DNA of 39,913 nt from Campylobacterota bacterium (GTDB lineage: Bacteria; Campylobacterota; Campylobacteria; Campylobacterales; Arcobacteraceae), in NCBI GenBank assembly GCA_034658775.1, contig JAYEFX010000050.1, forward strand, positions 1 through 39,913, in the 5' to 3' direction. The notes below the pieces were generated by a model that saw nothing but the letters and a program-made list of their open reading frames with translations, was not told where the DNA came from and made no database searches. Shown here piece by piece: positions 1 through 10,772 of this stretch (the stretch's first letter is position 1; every line of letters begins with the position of its first letter). Made by a program: the position numbers and the translations under genes.

Positions 1-1191
1 CGTAAGATCATTGATCCCCATTGGACCACGAGCATGAAGTTTATTCGTTGAGATCCCCACTTCGGCTCCAAATCCAAAAGCACCACCGTCTGTAAATCGT
101 GTACTGGCATTGGCATAAACACAAGCAGCATCAACTTGGTCTAAAAAAGTATTCACCGCACTGTAATCTTCAGAGATTATGCATTCACTGTGCCCTGAAC
201 CATGCAAAGCGATATGATTCATCGCATCATCAACATCATTTACGATTTTAATGGACAATTCATTGGCCAAATATTCCGTATCGTAGTCTTGGGCATTGAC
301 CGCTTCAATATCCAAAAGCTTGACACTTTCGTCACAACCTCTCATGATGGTGTTTTCTTGCATAAAAGCTTCATGAACAGCAGGTAATAAAATATTTGCA
401 ATCTCTTTATGCACTAGAAGAGTTTCCATTGCATTACACGCACTTGGTCGTTGACATTTGGCATTTAAACTGATCTCAATGGCCATGTGCGCATCTGCAT
501 TTTTATCAATAAAGGTATGACAAACCCCTTTATCATGTTTAATTACAGGCACGCTTGAGTTTGCACTAACGTATTGAATCAGTGATTCACCACCTCTAGG
601 AATAATCAAATCCACGTATTTATCTTGAGTGATAAGATTGGCCACCCCTTCACGTGAACTGTCTGGCAATAACGAAATACTTTGTGCAGGAAGATTATTT
701 TTTATCAATACCCCCTGAAGTACCTCAGCAATCACCTTATTACTGTATTGGGCTTCTTTACCCCCTTTAAGTACGCATACATTTCCACTTTTAAAACATA
801 ATGCCGCAGTATCGCTGGTTACATTTGGTCGACTTTCATAAATAATACCAATTACACCAATAGGTATTGTTACTTTTTGTATGTTTAAACCTTGCTCTGT
901 CTTCCAGCCTTCAAGAGTACGACCTACTGGTTCTTTCAGTGCTGCAATTTCACGAATTGCAGTACTCATTGCATGAATACGATCTTCGTTTAAAAGCAAT
1001 CGATCCATGAGAGCCGAACTTAAACTGTTTTGTTGACCATCAAGCAGATCTTTTTTATTTTCTATAACAATCGTATCACAATTATTCATCAACGCATCGG
1101 CCATCTGATTTAAAACAGAGTTTTTAACCTCTGCACTTAAATTAGCAATAATTCGACTTGAACTCTTTGCTTGTTCTAAAAATTCTTGCAT
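1..1191 (-). CDS. proA: gamma-glutamyl phosphate reductase (C-terminus cut off by the window edge; first 397 codons present)
   Basis: Absent from the ORF track because it runs off the left edge. Manual minus-strand translation from the ATG at 1189-1191 gives MQEFLEQAKSSSRIIANLSAEVKN...IPIGVIGIIYESRPNVTSDTAALCFKSGNVCVLKGGKEA...CNAMETLLVH...HGSGHSECIISED...ANASTRFTDGGAFGFGAEVGISTNKLHARGP. This is typical ProA. GGAG lies 8 nt upstream of the ATG. Confidence 0.9.
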   Translation of the reverse strand, partial: MQEFLEQAKSSSRIIANLSAEVKNSVLNQMADALMNNCDTIVIENKKDLLDGQQNSLSSALMDRLLLNEDRIHAMSTAIREIAALKEPVGRTLEGWKTEQGLNIQKVTIPIGVIGIIYESRPNVTSDTAALCFKSGNVCVLKGGKEAQYSNKVIAEVLQGVLIKNNLPAQSISLLPDSSREGVANLITQDKYVDLIIPRGGESLIQYVSANSSVPVIKHDKGVCHTFIDKNADAHMAIEISLNAKCQRPSACNAMETLLVHKEIANILLPAVHEAFMQENTIMRGCDESVKLLDIEAVNAQDYDTEYLANELSIKIVNDVDDAMNHIALHGSGHSECIISEDYSAVNTFLDQVDAACVYANASTRFTDGGAFGFGAEVGISTNKLHARGPMGINDLT

Positions 1192-1325
1192 TTTATTTTC
1201 TCCAGAAGGCTATGCAGTTGTATAGCCCTTTATTTGGCACGATTATACATCAATAAAGATAATCCTATGTTTAACTAAAATCAATTTAAAGTATCTATTT
1301 ACACAATTTTAGATATAATTTTAAA

Positions 1326-2240
1326 ATGAAAAATCAAGATTACAGTCTCATTGGTATTGTTAGTTTAATCATCGCCATGTTTATTTGGGCAAGCTCGTTT
1401 ATTGCACTGAAATCTGCCATTTCAGATATCGATGCTTTTTCCGTCATATTTTTACGCATGTTTATCGCTTCGTTATGTTTTGTCTATTTTATTAAAGATT
1501 TTATCAACTATGAATTCACTAAAAAAGATCTGCAATACATCTTGCTTCTAGTGATGTTTGAACCCGCTTTATATTTTATCTTTGAAGCCAAAGCCTTGGA
1601 AAACACCTCAGCCTCACAAGCAGGTATGGTCACCTCTTTAATGCCTATCCTTACTGCTATTGCTGCAGGAATTTTGCTCAAAGAGATCATTAGTAAACAA
1701 CTTGTTATTGGTTCTTTATTAGCTGTAGCAGGTGTGGTTTGGTTAAGTCTAGAAGCCACTAGCAGCGATATTGCACCCAATCCAATTTTAGGAAATTTCT
1801 TAGAATTTTGTGCCATGCTTTGCGGAGCGGGTTACACGATTGTTGCGCGCTATTTATCCAGAAAATTTTCCGCACTGTTTATTACTGCGGTTCAATCTTT
1901 TTTTGGTGCCATCTTCTTTTTACCTTTTTTTGTTTACGAATACAGCACAACAAACATGAGTTTCTCTTTTGAAGCAATCTCTTGGATTGTTTATCTAGGA
2001 GTTGTTGTAACCTTAGGAGGATACGGTTTGTATAATTTTGCGTTAACCAAAATGGAAGCCTCTAAAGCATCAATGTTTATTAACCTCATCCCAATTTTCA
2101 CACTGATTTTAGCCTATGTGATTTTAGGAGAAAAACTCACTATTACCGAACTTATTGCTTCAGCAATCATATTAAGTGGAGTGATCATTTCACAAATTCC
2201 CTATCATAAAATCAAACGCAAACGCAAAAAAACGGCATAA
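1326..2240 (+). CDS. EamA/DMT-family permease
   Basis: 304-aa polytopic membrane protein with about 10 hydrophobic segments in two similar halves and a K/R-rich C-terminal tail. This is the EamA-like layout. Confidence 0.8.
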   Translation: MKNQDYSLIGIVSLIIAMFIWASSFIALKSAISDIDAFSVIFLRMFIASLCFVYFIKDFINYEFTKKDLQYILLLVMFEPALYFIFEAKALENTSASQAGMVTSLMPILTAIAAGILLKEIISKQLVIGSLLAVAGVVWLSLEATSSDIAPNPILGNFLEFCAMLCGAGYTIVARYLSRKFSALFITAVQSFFGAIFFLPFFVYEYSTTNMSFSFEAISWIVYLGVVVTLGGYGLYNFALTKMEASKASMFINLIPIFTLILAYVILGEKLTITELIASAIILSGVIISQIPYHKIKRKRKKTA

Positions 2241-3137
2241 ATGGAACTGTTTTTATCCATATTTATACTTATGGCACTGGGCTATATGTTCAATAAATTT
2301 AAAATCTTTCCAGAGCAAACCCCTTTGGTTTTAAACCTGTACATCATTTATGTCTCACTTCCTGCTATGGTGCTGTTGCATGTTCCAAAGATTGTATTGT
2401 CTTTGGATATGTTCTTTCCTATTGTGATCCCTTGGGTTATCACACTTTTAGGAGCATTGAGCATTTTAGCTTTATCCAATATTTTTCACTGGAATAAACA
2501 AACTACAGGAGCACTATTACTCGTAGGTGTTTTAGGAAATACCTCTTTTTTAGGCATCCCTATTGTGGAGTTTTATTTAGGAACACACGCCTTACCTTAC
2601 GTGATGATTTATGACCAATTGGGTACTTTCCTTGCATTAAGTACCTATGGAGGTATTGTTATCGCTTTATATTCAAAAAATGGTAAAGTTCATGCACGAA
2701 CAATTTTAATAAAGATATTCACGTTCCCTCCATTTATGGCACTTATTGTTGCCTTTGCATTAAGTGGCTATACTTTTTATCCAAGCATCAATACTGTACT
2801 GTCCAATTTGGCCAATACTTTAGTTCCAGTAGCCCTGGTTGCCGTAGGTTTTAGTTTACGCTTAAAAATTCCTAAAGAAGATTTGTCTGCTTTTATCTCA
2901 GGTCTAGGAGTCAAACTTATCTTGCTACCTAGCTTTGCATTTATTATTGCAGGAGTCTTTAACTTGGAGGGTCTAGCAGTAGATGTATCCATACTTGAAA
3001 GCGGAATGGGTCCCATGATCACGGCAGGCGCAGTGGCTACAATAGCAGGACTATCCGCTCGATTATGTTCCGCCATAATTGGTTATGGGATACTCTTTTC
3101 GTTCTTAAGCACTTACGTAGTTGCTTATTTTTTATAA
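2241..3137 (+). CDS. AEC (auxin efflux carrier) family transporter
   Basis: 298-aa polytopic membrane protein. The N-terminus (MELFLSIFILMALGY...) and the C-terminal half are AEC-like. Its ATG directly abuts the TAA of the upstream permease (TAAATG), suggesting an operon. Confidence 0.7.
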   Translation: MELFLSIFILMALGYMFNKFKIFPEQTPLVLNLYIIYVSLPAMVLLHVPKIVLSLDMFFPIVIPWVITLLGALSILALSNIFHWNKQTTGALLLVGVLGNTSFLGIPIVEFYLGTHALPYVMIYDQLGTFLALSTYGGIVIALYSKNGKVHARTILIKIFTFPPFMALIVAFALSGYTFYPSINTVLSNLANTLVPVALVAVGFSLRLKIPKEDLSAFISGLGVKLILLPSFAFIIAGVFNLEGLAVDVSILESGMGPMITAGAVATIAGLSARLCSAIIGYGILFSFLSTYVVAYFL

Positions 3138-4277
3138 AAATTTCATCTTTTCAAAATTACGGTAAGGATTCCTTTGATCATTAAACCATCCACTTAAAAT
3201 CGTATTGTACAAGCTTTTATACTCCGTGGTGTAGATCATGTTATCTTTAATCAACTTACGCAAATCAGGATAGTGTCCATACATTCCCCCTTTGACTTTT
3301 CCGCCTATAACAAATTGAGAAGATGCTGTACCATGATCCGTACCCATACTTGCATTTTCTTTAACTCTTCGCCCAAACTCACTGTACGTTACAATCAAAA
3401 CATCATCAAACAGATCATTACTTTTGAGTTCCTTCACAAAACTTCCCAAGGCACTGTCCAAATCTTTGAGCAAGCTATTTTGTGTTGATAATTGATTCGC
3501 GTGGGTATCGTAACTTTTTTGTGCAATTTTTATAATGGGGATATCCAAGGGGGTTTTGATAATTTTTAACGCCTCTTTGAAATCTAAAGCAATCTGGCTA
3601 TCATCAAAAGTATATTTCAACTCATCCTTAGAAATATACTTTTTCAGTATCGTATTGGCACGAACAATCAAGTTTTGTTGCTCTTGCACATATTTTAGAT
3701 TTTCATTAAAACCATCAATACTTTTTACACTGGATATTCTATTGGATTGTTCTAAAAACTTATTGATATTTTTAATCTGTAAAACATTTAAATCATTTGA
3801 AAACAGTTTTCCTTTATTGCGTTTTCCAATCACCATAGCATCTATAGGAACAGAACTTTTCTTTGAATGTAAATATTGTGCCACCCACCCTTCATCTAAA
3901 AACTGATCACTCATGCTTGCTGTTTCAACTATCTCAATGGAGCGAAAATGAGACAAATTAGGTTTTGCATAACCCAATCCATTGATTATTGCCACATTGT
4001 TATCTTGATACAAAGCATGGATATTGGAAAGGTTTTTATTCAATCCAAATTGTTTGTTGATAATATTCATTTGGCTCTTAGGCAAAGCCAATGTTGGTCG
4101 TAAGTTGTAATACACTTTACTCGTATATGGAATCACGGTATTTAATGCGTCATTTCCCCCATGCAACTCTATGAGAACCAATGTTTTTTTAGAATTCTTT
4201 TTAGCATTAAGTAAAACAGGGTGCAACACATACCATGCCGCGATTGCAGATAATTTAATAAAACTTCTTCGTTGCAT
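3132..4277 (-). CDS. DUF1501 domain protein (sulfatase/alkaline-phosphatase-like fold) with a twin-arginine signal
   Basis: The N-terminus MQRRSFIKLSAIAA has a Tat-type RR motif. Family motifs are present: HGGNDALNTVIPY and SEFGRRVKENASMGTDHGTAS. Confidence 0.8.
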   Translation of the reverse strand: MQRRSFIKLSAIAAWYVLHPVLLNAKKNSKKTLVLIELHGGNDALNTVIPYTSKVYYNLRPTLALPKSQMNIINKQFGLNKNLSNIHALYQDNNVAIINGLGYAKPNLSHFRSIEIVETASMSDQFLDEGWVAQYLHSKKSSVPIDAMVIGKRNKGKLFSNDLNVLQIKNINKFLEQSNRISSVKSIDGFNENLKYVQEQQNLIVRANTILKKYISKDELKYTFDDSQIALDFKEALKIIKTPLDIPIIKIAQKSYDTHANQLSTQNSLLKDLDSALGSFVKELKSNDLFDDVLIVTYSEFGRRVKENASMGTDHGTASSQFVIGGKVKGGMYGHYPDLRKLIKDNMIYTTEYKSLYNTILSGWFNDQRNPYRNFEKMKFL

Positions 4278-4287
4278 ATTCTGTCTC

Positions 4288-5469
4288 CTATTTTAATTGA
4301 TATTGAGCTAAAAGATACGTTTTTAGCACTCTTTTTTTACTTTTGTTCTTTTGTACAACGCGCCGTATAAACTCTTGTCGTCCTACATAACTACTGCTGT
4401 CAATCCAACTTTGTCCCCCTTCCCAACCTTTTACATTAGGAGGGTTAAACAATATTTGCCCTAAATTTTTTGCAGTTCTTAAAACAAATTTATAATGCTT
4501 TTCTTCAAGAACCATGTTAAGATTTTTAATTGTTCCTACGATAAGTTCTGTAGGTGATTTTATCAGTGAGTTGTTGCTGTGCCAAAAATCATCACTTAGA
4601 AGAATATCTTTTACAACGGCTTTAATATCATAATTGGATTCTCGAAACGTATTGGCAATTTTTTCTATTAAAACTTTATTTGGCCTTTGTGAAATAAACT
4701 CTGCATGCAGTTTTTCAACAATAAAGTTTGCAGTTTGTTTTTGCTCTAAAAGGATATCAACAATATCTTCCCCATCAAAATTTCCCTTTTGATTTAAAAA
4801 TATTTTTGAACCATAATCATGATGTTTTTTCACCTTTTTAAAAAGTGCTTTTTTACGATTAACTCTCCATCCAGTAAACGCTCGTGCCGCATTTTTCACA
4901 TCATCTTCACTGTAGTTTCCTTCACCTAAAGTAAACAACTCCATAAGCTCTCGTGCAAAATTTTCATTAGGACTTGTTTTTTTATTGGAGTTATTATCCA
5001 AATAGATCAGCATGGCCAAATCTTTACAACTGTCGTGCAACAACACAGAAAAATCTCCAATAGCATGTTGTCTAAAGAGCCTATTTTGCTCCATCATAAA
5101 ATAAGGGTTTTTTACCACACGGTATTCACTGACAAAATGATTGTGCCAAAAAAGCACCATTTTTTCTTGAAATGAATACTTAGAATTGGTCATCATTTTA
5201 TACCACCATATTTGCAACTGTTTCATCTTTTTTTGTTTTGTTATACGATGTTTTTTACGTTGTTCACGAGAAAGTGTTTTAAATTTTTTAGGCCGTAGCG
5301 ATACTTTTTGGATATCTGAAGGAAGAGAGATTGTAGGGTGTTTCCCAACATTGCTAAAAAGATACTCTACGGCTTCTTTTTTAGTCAATGTTGTAAAAAG
5401 GTTTAGATCGTTTTGTGTATATCCAAACGATGTCCGATTTAAGAGATGCTTGGATTCATCTAAAGTCAT
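4288..5469 (-). CDS. DUF1800 domain protein
   Basis: The N-terminal HLLNRTSFG motif and WHNHF, ELFTLG, FTGW and PNVKGW blocks are typical of DUF1800. It lies 10 nt upstream of the DUF1501 gene on the same strand. No signal peptide is visible. Confidence 0.75.
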   Translation of the reverse strand: MTLDESKHLLNRTSFGYTQNDLNLFTTLTKKEAVEYLFSNVGKHPTISLPSDIQKVSLRPKKFKTLSREQRKKHRITKQKKMKQLQIWWYKMMTNSKYSFQEKMVLFWHNHFVSEYRVVKNPYFMMEQNRLFRQHAIGDFSVLLHDSCKDLAMLIYLDNNSNKKTSPNENFARELMELFTLGEGNYSEDDVKNAARAFTGWRVNRKKALFKKVKKHHDYGSKIFLNQKGNFDGEDIVDILLEQKQTANFIVEKLHAEFISQRPNKVLIEKIANTFRESNYDIKAVVKDILLSDDFWHSNNSLIKSPTELIVGTIKNLNMVLEEKHYKFVLRTAKNLGQILFNPPNVKGWEGGQSWIDSSSYVGRQEFIRRVVQKNKSKKRVLKTYLLAQYQLK

Positions 5470-5491
5470 GCGCTATCCTTTGTATTAAAAC

Positions 5492-6382
5492 TTATCCTTT
5501 AAGTAGGTCCTTTAAACTATGCTGGGGATCTTTCCCTTGCAAAATATGCAATACTTCATTGGCTATGGGAGTGTAAATATCATGTTGCTGCCCTAAAAGA
5601 TGAATTGCTTTGGCTGTTGGCACACCCTCTGCAACCTCCCCTAAATCTTCAAGTATCTCTTCTAAACTTTGATTCTTTGCCAAACCAAGTCCCACTCTAA
5701 AATTTCTACTCATAGTACTGCTGGCTGTTAAAAACAGGTCCCCTGCTCCACTAAGTCCTAAAAATGTATCTTTTTTTGATCCAAAATGGTTACCAAAACG
5801 CTCCATCTCTACTAAACCTCGAGAGATAAGGCTCGCTCGTGCATTATTACCCAACTCAAGCCCATCGCATATCCCACTGGCTATTGCCAATACATTTTTA
5901 TACGCTCCCGCTATTTCCGCACCAATGACATCTGCACTGTAATACGTTTTAATAAATTGCGGAAAAAATTCTAAAAATTGGTAATAAAAATCTTCTTGCG
6001 CACTATTAATAACCAATGCCGTGGGTAAACCTTGCATCACTTCTGTTGCAAAAGAGGGTCCTGAGATAAAACCTAAATTTTCTCTTGGCACATATTGTTC
6101 ATATATCTCTTGTAAAAATGACCCACTACTCGCCTCAATCCCTTTGGCTGCCACCAACACTTTTTGCCCACTGTAGATGAAATTGTTCTTTAACCATGCT
6201 CGAATCTCTTGAGCGGGGATGGCAATAACCAAATACTCACACCCTAAGGCTGTTTGAAGATCGCAAAAGTGTTCTATATCGCGTACCTTACGAGAAGTAA
6301 TAGCTGTTGGGTTTTTTGTATTTAAAGCAAAGTGTAAAGCTTGACCCCATTTTCCTGCACCAATAACAGCTATATTTGACAT
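5492..6382 (-). CDS. gpsA: NAD(P)H-dependent glycerol-3-phosphate dehydrogenase
   Basis: N-terminal Rossmann motif IAVIGAGKWGQAL. GpsA-like blocks include GPSFA.EV and GDL.LT..S..SRN...G. Confidence 0.9.
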   Translation of the reverse strand: MSNIAVIGAGKWGQALHFALNTKNPTAITSRKVRDIEHFCDLQTALGCEYLVIAIPAQEIRAWLKNNFIYSGQKVLVAAKGIEASSGSFLQEIYEQYVPRENLGFISGPSFATEVMQGLPTALVINSAQEDFYYQFLEFFPQFIKTYYSADVIGAEIAGAYKNVLAIASGICDGLELGNNARASLISRGLVEMERFGNHFGSKKDTFLGLSGAGDLFLTASSTMSRNFRVGLGLAKNQSLEEILEDLGEVAEGVPTAKAIHLLGQQHDIYTPIANEVLHILQGKDPQHSLKDLLKG

Positions 6383-6395
6383 AAATATCTCCTTC

Positions 6396-7820
6396 TTATG
6401 CTAATCGTTGCTTTAACAACTCATTTACTTTTTGTGGATTAGCGCTACCTTTACTGGCTTTCATAACTTGACCTACAAAAAATCCAAATACTTTGTCTTT
6501 CCCACCTTTAAATTGGTCAACTTTATCTTGATTAGCAGCTAAAATCTCATCAATAATGGTTAAAATAGCACCATCGTCACTTACTTGCTTAAGTCCTAGT
6601 TTTTCGATAACAGCATCTACTTCTACGTCATTTTCCATAAGATAATCCAGCACCTCTTTAGCTGCTTTACCCGAAATGGTTCCATCTTCGATTTTAGCTA
6701 CAACTCCAGCTAGTTTTTTTGCATCAACAGGAGAGGTTTCAAGCGTCACCCCATCTTTTAAACGACCCAGTAATTCAACCGTCAACCAAGTAACCGCATT
6801 TTTTCCACTGATCCCGCAAGAGAGCATCTGCTCAAAATAATGGGCCATCTCCAACGATGCAGTGATTACACCTGCAGAATACTCTTTAATTCCATATTCT
6901 CTAACCAATCTGGCTTTCTTTTCATCTGGCAATTCAGGAATTTGCGTATATTTTTCCATCATCTCATCACTGATGATTACTGGCAATAAGTCTGGATCGG
7001 GGAAATAACGATAATCCGCTGCATCTTCTTTCCCACGCATGCTTCGTGTTTCACCAGTATCTACATCAAATAGTCGTGTTTCTTGAACCACTTCTTGTTC
7101 GTACACACCATCTTCCCATGCTTCAATTTGCCGCTGCACTTCATAATGAATCGCTTTTTCAATAAACTTAAAAGAGTTCATGTTTTTAATCTCACAACGC
7201 GTGTAAAGTTTTTCATCACCTTTTGGTCGAATCGATACATTTACATCACAACGAAAAGATCCCTCTTGCATATTTGCATCACTAATTCCAATATAGCGCA
7301 CAATACTATGCAGTTTTTTAAGATATAAAATTGCCTCTTGCGCACTACGCATATCTGGTTCGGACACAATCTCAAGCAGTGGTGTACCTGCACGATTCAG
7401 ATCCACTTTTGAGTGATTTCCATCATGGATATTTTTACCCGCATCCGTTTCAAGGTGCGCTCGGGTTACACCAATGGTTTTATGCGTTCCATCTTCAAAA
7501 TCAATGATCAATTCACCTAAACCAACAACCGGTACTTCAAATTGAGAGATCTGATAACCTGTAGGTAAATCCGGATAAAAATAGTTTTTTCGATTAAAAA
7601 TTGAACTGCGATTGATTTGAGATTTTACTGCTGTTCCTAGCTGAATAGCTTTATGCACCGCTTCAATATTTAAAACGGGCAAAGCACCAGGTAAGCCCAT
7701 ACAAACAGGACAAATGTTGGTATTGGGTGCTTCTCCAAAACTTGTAGCACAACTGCAAAACAATTTCGTATTGGTATTTAATTGAGCATGAACTTCTAAA
7801 CCGATAACAACTTCAAACAT
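6396..7820 (-). CDS. gatB: Asp-tRNA(Asn)/Glu-tRNA(Gln) amidotransferase subunit B
   Basis: [24 protein letters not shown]...[19 protein letters not shown]...RCDVNVS. This is an unmistakable GatB signature over the full 474 aa. Confidence 0.95.
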   Translation of the reverse strand: MFEVVIGLEVHAQLNTNTKLFCSCATSFGEAPNTNICPVCMGLPGALPVLNIEAVHKAIQLGTAVKSQINRSSIFNRKNYFYPDLPTGYQISQFEVPVVGLGELIIDFEDGTHKTIGVTRAHLETDAGKNIHDGNHSKVDLNRAGTPLLEIVSEPDMRSAQEAILYLKKLHSIVRYIGISDANMQEGSFRCDVNVSIRPKGDEKLYTRCEIKNMNSFKFIEKAIHYEVQRQIEAWEDGVYEQEVVQETRLFDVDTGETRSMRGKEDAADYRYFPDPDLLPVIISDEMMEKYTQIPELPDEKKARLVREYGIKEYSAGVITASLEMAHYFEQMLSCGISGKNAVTWLTVELLGRLKDGVTLETSPVDAKKLAGVVAKIEDGTISGKAAKEVLDYLMENDVEVDAVIEKLGLKQVSDDGAILTIIDEILAANQDKVDQFKGGKDKVFGFFVGQVMKASKGSANPQKVNELLKQRLA

Positions 7821-7834
7821 ATATTTTATTCCTT

Positions 7835-8659
7835 TTATTTTAACACTTCAATATCTGCAGTGATTTTTATTTTTTCAAAATGATCTTTAACGTACGCCGA
7901 TTCTCTCTCATACATCATGTTTTCAAAAATCTTATCTTTAACTTTTTCAAACGGTATAGTTTTATAATCCCGTTTCTTTTTGAGGTACAGCATCACAAAA
8001 CCATTATTGGTATTTAGTGCAGGAGTATATGTGTTTATCTGGGTACTATTGAGTAAAAAGGTGATTTGTTGGTTCAGATTTGTTTGATCCAATCGTCTAT
8101 TTTTACGCGTCACCAGATCGGTTTTAAGCATTGGATTTTTTGCTACATTAATCAATACCTCTTTATTTTTGGACCCATACTCCACAACATCAAATGCCGT
8201 TGCAGAACTGAAAAGATTAGGGTTGTTTTCATAATAGATTTTCGTGTCCGCAAGCGTTACTCTTTTAATCTTCCCCATAGCAATCTTGCCAATAAGCTTC
8301 TCTTGCAACATTTTTTGTTTTGTTTGTACTTCATAAATTCGATAATCGCCATATTGTTGTTGCGCTTTTAGTTTAAAGTTTTCAACAGACAAACCATTTC
8401 CAGCAGAGACTTTTTGAAGATAATTAGCATACTCCTCTTGGTCTATTTTTACACCATACTTTCGAACCTCTTGTTCAAATAATGTAGTATCAACCAATTT
8501 ATCTACAGCTTGTTGCTGGGTAAGTTTCCCAAGCTTCATCGCTCTTTGAATATCATACGTGGTAATAATATCATCATTAACCGTAATGGCAATAGTACTT
8601 AAACTTTGTGCTTGCAATAAGCCAATACTCAATATCGTAGCTAAAAATAGTTTTCTCAT
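7835..8659 (-). CDS. SurA-N-like periplasmic chaperone (no parvulin domain visible)
   Basis: Signal peptide [19 protein letters not shown]. The start [17 protein letters not shown] is SurA-N-terminal-like. The 274-aa length leaves no room for a PPIase domain. Confidence 0.55.
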   Translation of the reverse strand: MRKLFLATILSIGLLQAQSLSTIAITVNDDIITTYDIQRAMKLGKLTQQQAVDKLVDTTLFEQEVRKYGVKIDQEEYANYLQKVSAGNGLSVENFKLKAQQQYGDYRIYEVQTKQKMLQEKLIGKIAMGKIKRVTLADTKIYYENNPNLFSSATAFDVVEYGSKNKEVLINVAKNPMLKTDLVTRKNRRLDQTNLNQQITFLLNSTQINTYTPALNTNNGFVMLYLKKKRDYKTIPFEKVKDKIFENMMYERESAYVKDHFEKIKITADIEVLK

Positions 8660-8701
8660 TAACTTTCCTTGATTTATTTATTGCTCTTTATTATAAAGAT
8701 T

Positions 8702-9268
8702 CTATTTTACCATAAGAATAGTAAAATCATTGTGTAAGTAATCACTTTTTGTTTTTAAGGTTGGCGTTAAATATTGACAAAAACCAATCACATCATCAAC
8801 GCTGGCATTATTGTAACTGGTGTTGGATAAAAAATTAAACACAAACCCTTTTGTACTGTGTTCAAAACAACGCTGAATAAAACTATACATCTGTTGTACA
8901 GATAAGATATTCAGTGCACCACTGCACACATAATAATCACTTAAGAGCAATTCATCTTCAAGCACATTAATTCGCTTAAAAGTACAACTAGGATGCTGTT
9001 CTTGTGCCAGCAATATCATCTGCTGTTCACAATCAATACCTGTGTATTTTTGGGGCATCAAATCATGCTGTTTTAGGTAGTTTACATAGTGTCCCATTCC
9101 GCATCCTGCATCAACAATATCGCACTTTTGAATATCTTCAATAAACCCACTTAACGCAGCAAAACGAAGGTATTGGGTCTCTTGAGAATTCCAATGCACC
9201 CCTTGAGCACAGTTACCATGCTGCGCAATGCTGCTGCTGTAAAAATCTTTATTTTGTGCGTATGCCAT
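8702..9268 (-). CDS. class I SAM-dependent methyltransferase
   Basis: Motif I-like IVDAGCGMGHY followed by an acidic loop (YTGIDCE). 188 aa. Substrate unknown. Confidence 0.6.
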   Translation of the reverse strand: MAYAQNKDFYSSSIAQHGNCAQGVHWNSQETQYLRFAALSGFIEDIQKCDIVDAGCGMGHYVNYLKQHDLMPQKYTGIDCEQQMILLAQEQHPSCTFKRINVLEDELLLSDYYVCSGALNILSVQQMYSFIQRCFEHSTKGFVFNFLSNTSYNNASVDDVIGFCQYLTPTLKTKSDYLHNDFTILMVK

Positions 9269-9703
9269 CTACTTGATTTGTTCTAAACTCACACCATTGT
9301 CTTTTAAAAATTTTGAAATTACTTCTGAATTATTATACTCATACGGTGTTTCATACACAATTCTTTTTATCCCTGTAGCAATAATGTTTTTCGAACACTC
9401 ACTGCAAGGCTCAAGCGTGACATAAATAGTCGCATCTGCTATACTTATCCCTTCACGTGCCGCCCAAATAATAGCGTTCATCTCAGCATGTATCTCATAC
9501 GTTTTTGACCATTCATGATGCTCTTTTGTGTATTGATCTTCCCAATGCTCACAACAATTTATAAATCCAGCAGGGGTACCATTATACCCCGTAGAGAGGA
9601 TTCGACCATCTTTGACAATCACTGCCCCCACATGTTTGGACACACACTTTGAGGCTGTAGCCAGTTCTTTAGCAATATTTATAAAATTTCTATCGTTTAA
9701 CAT
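9269..9703 (-). CDS. dCMP deaminase / ComEB-family cytidine-deoxycytidylate deaminase
   Basis: Zinc-binding motifs HAEMNAI and PCSECSKNI. 144 aa. Its stop codon directly abuts the methyltransferase start. Confidence 0.8.
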   Translation of the reverse strand: MLNDRNFINIAKELATASKCVSKHVGAVIVKDGRILSTGYNGTPAGFINCCEHWEDQYTKEHHEWSKTYEIHAEMNAIIWAAREGISIADATIYVTLEPCSECSKNIIATGIKRIVYETPYEYNNSEVISKFLKDNGVSLEQIK

Positions 9704-9767
9704 CTGTACCCTTTAAGGGATCTATTATAGCATAAGTGGTGTAAAAAAATATTCTTTTAAAGATAGA

Positions 9768-10427
9768 TTGGGTTATACTTTTAGCCAAAGGATTCTTATT
9801 TTGGACATTATCAATTTAGCCCTATTGGCTATTTTTATTCCCACTTTCTTTTTTGTGTCACTAACACCGGGTATGTGCATGACTCTATCGTTGAGCATGG
9901 GGATGAGTATTGGTCTTAAACGTACCTTATATATGATGTATGGGGAGCTTTTAGGGGTGGGCATCGTAGCAACTCTTTCGGTTATTGGCGTAGCAGCAAT
10001 CATGCTTCAATACCCTTTTATATTTGCCATATTAAAATATGCAGGGGGAGCCTACTTAATCTTTTTGGGAATTCAAATGTGGTTATCAAAAGGAAAAATG
10101 TCGCTCAACACCCAATCTCAAAGCTTTAATATCTCCAACAAAAGTTTGGCTTTGCAAGGCTTTGTGACCGCCATCGCCAATCCTAAAGGGTGGGCATTTT
10201 TTATTGCTCTTTTGCCCCCTTTTATTGATAAAGAGTTGGCTCTTGCTCCACAATTATCCATTTTGATATTTATCATTTTAACCTTGGAGTTTATCTGCTT
10301 ACTTATCTATGCAACAGGGGGCAATACTTTACGTAAACTTCTGCAAGACTCATCCAATGTACGATTAATCAATAAAATTGCAGGCTTGATGATGATGGGT
10401 ATTGGAGTCTGGTTAGCGCTTACTTAA
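9768..10427 (+). CDS. LysE/RhtB-family amino-acid exporter
   Basis: About six TM segments, a TPG motif near the N-terminus and NPKGWAFF in the middle. The longest ORF starts at TTG 9768. An in-frame TTG at 9801, preceded by AAAGGA 8 nt upstream, gives a more typical N-terminus, so the start is uncertain. Confidence 0.75.
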   Translation: MGYTFSQRILILDIINLALLAIFIPTFFFVSLTPGMCMTLSLSMGMSIGLKRTLYMMYGELLGVGIVATLSVIGVAAIMLQYPFIFAILKYAGGAYLIFLGIQMWLSKGKMSLNTQSQSFNISNKSLALQGFVTAIANPKGWAFFIALLPPFIDKELALAPQLSILIFIILTLEFICLLIYATGGNTLRKLLQDSSNVRLINKIAGLMMMGIGVWLALT

Positions 10428-10473
10428 GATACAATAGTGTAGAATACGAAAAAATTTACACAAGGAAACAAAC

Positions 10474-10758
10474 ATGGCAAAAGCTAGTGCACGACATATA
10501 TTAGTTGGATCAGAAAAAGAATGCAATGCATTAAAAGAACAAATCAACAGTGGAGAGATCACTTTTGAAGATGCTGCAAAAAGCAATTCACAATGCCCTT
10601 CAGGAGCTGAAGGTGGAGAGCTTGGAACATTTGGTCAAGGTCAAATGGTACCCGAGTTTGATAAAGTAGTATTTAACGATGAAGTGGGTGTGGTTCATGG
10701 ACCCGTTCAAACACAATTTGGATACCATTTACTTGAAGTAACTTCACGAGAAGATTAA
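10474..10758 (+). CDS. ppiC: parvulin-type peptidyl-prolyl cis-trans isomerase (PpiC-like, no signal peptide)
   Basis: 94 aa. ARHILV...CPSGAEGGELGTFGQGQMVPEFDKVVF...GPVQTQFGYHLLEV matches the small Par10/PpiC family. Confidence 0.85.
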   Translation: MAKASARHILVGSEKECNALKEQINSGEITFEDAAKSNSQCPSGAEGGELGTFGQGQMVPEFDKVVFNDEVGVVHGPVQTQFGYHLLEVTSRED

Positions 10759-10772
10759 AAACCTTCCTTAAT

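Noticed and set aside
1206-1230. An imperfect hairpin (AAGGCTAT...ATAGCCCTT) just upstream of the proA RBS, considered as a possible leader regulatory element.
   Set aside because: The stem is short and bulged, it does not sequester the RBS, and no known motif (T-box, riboswitch) is recognisable. It is probably incidental.
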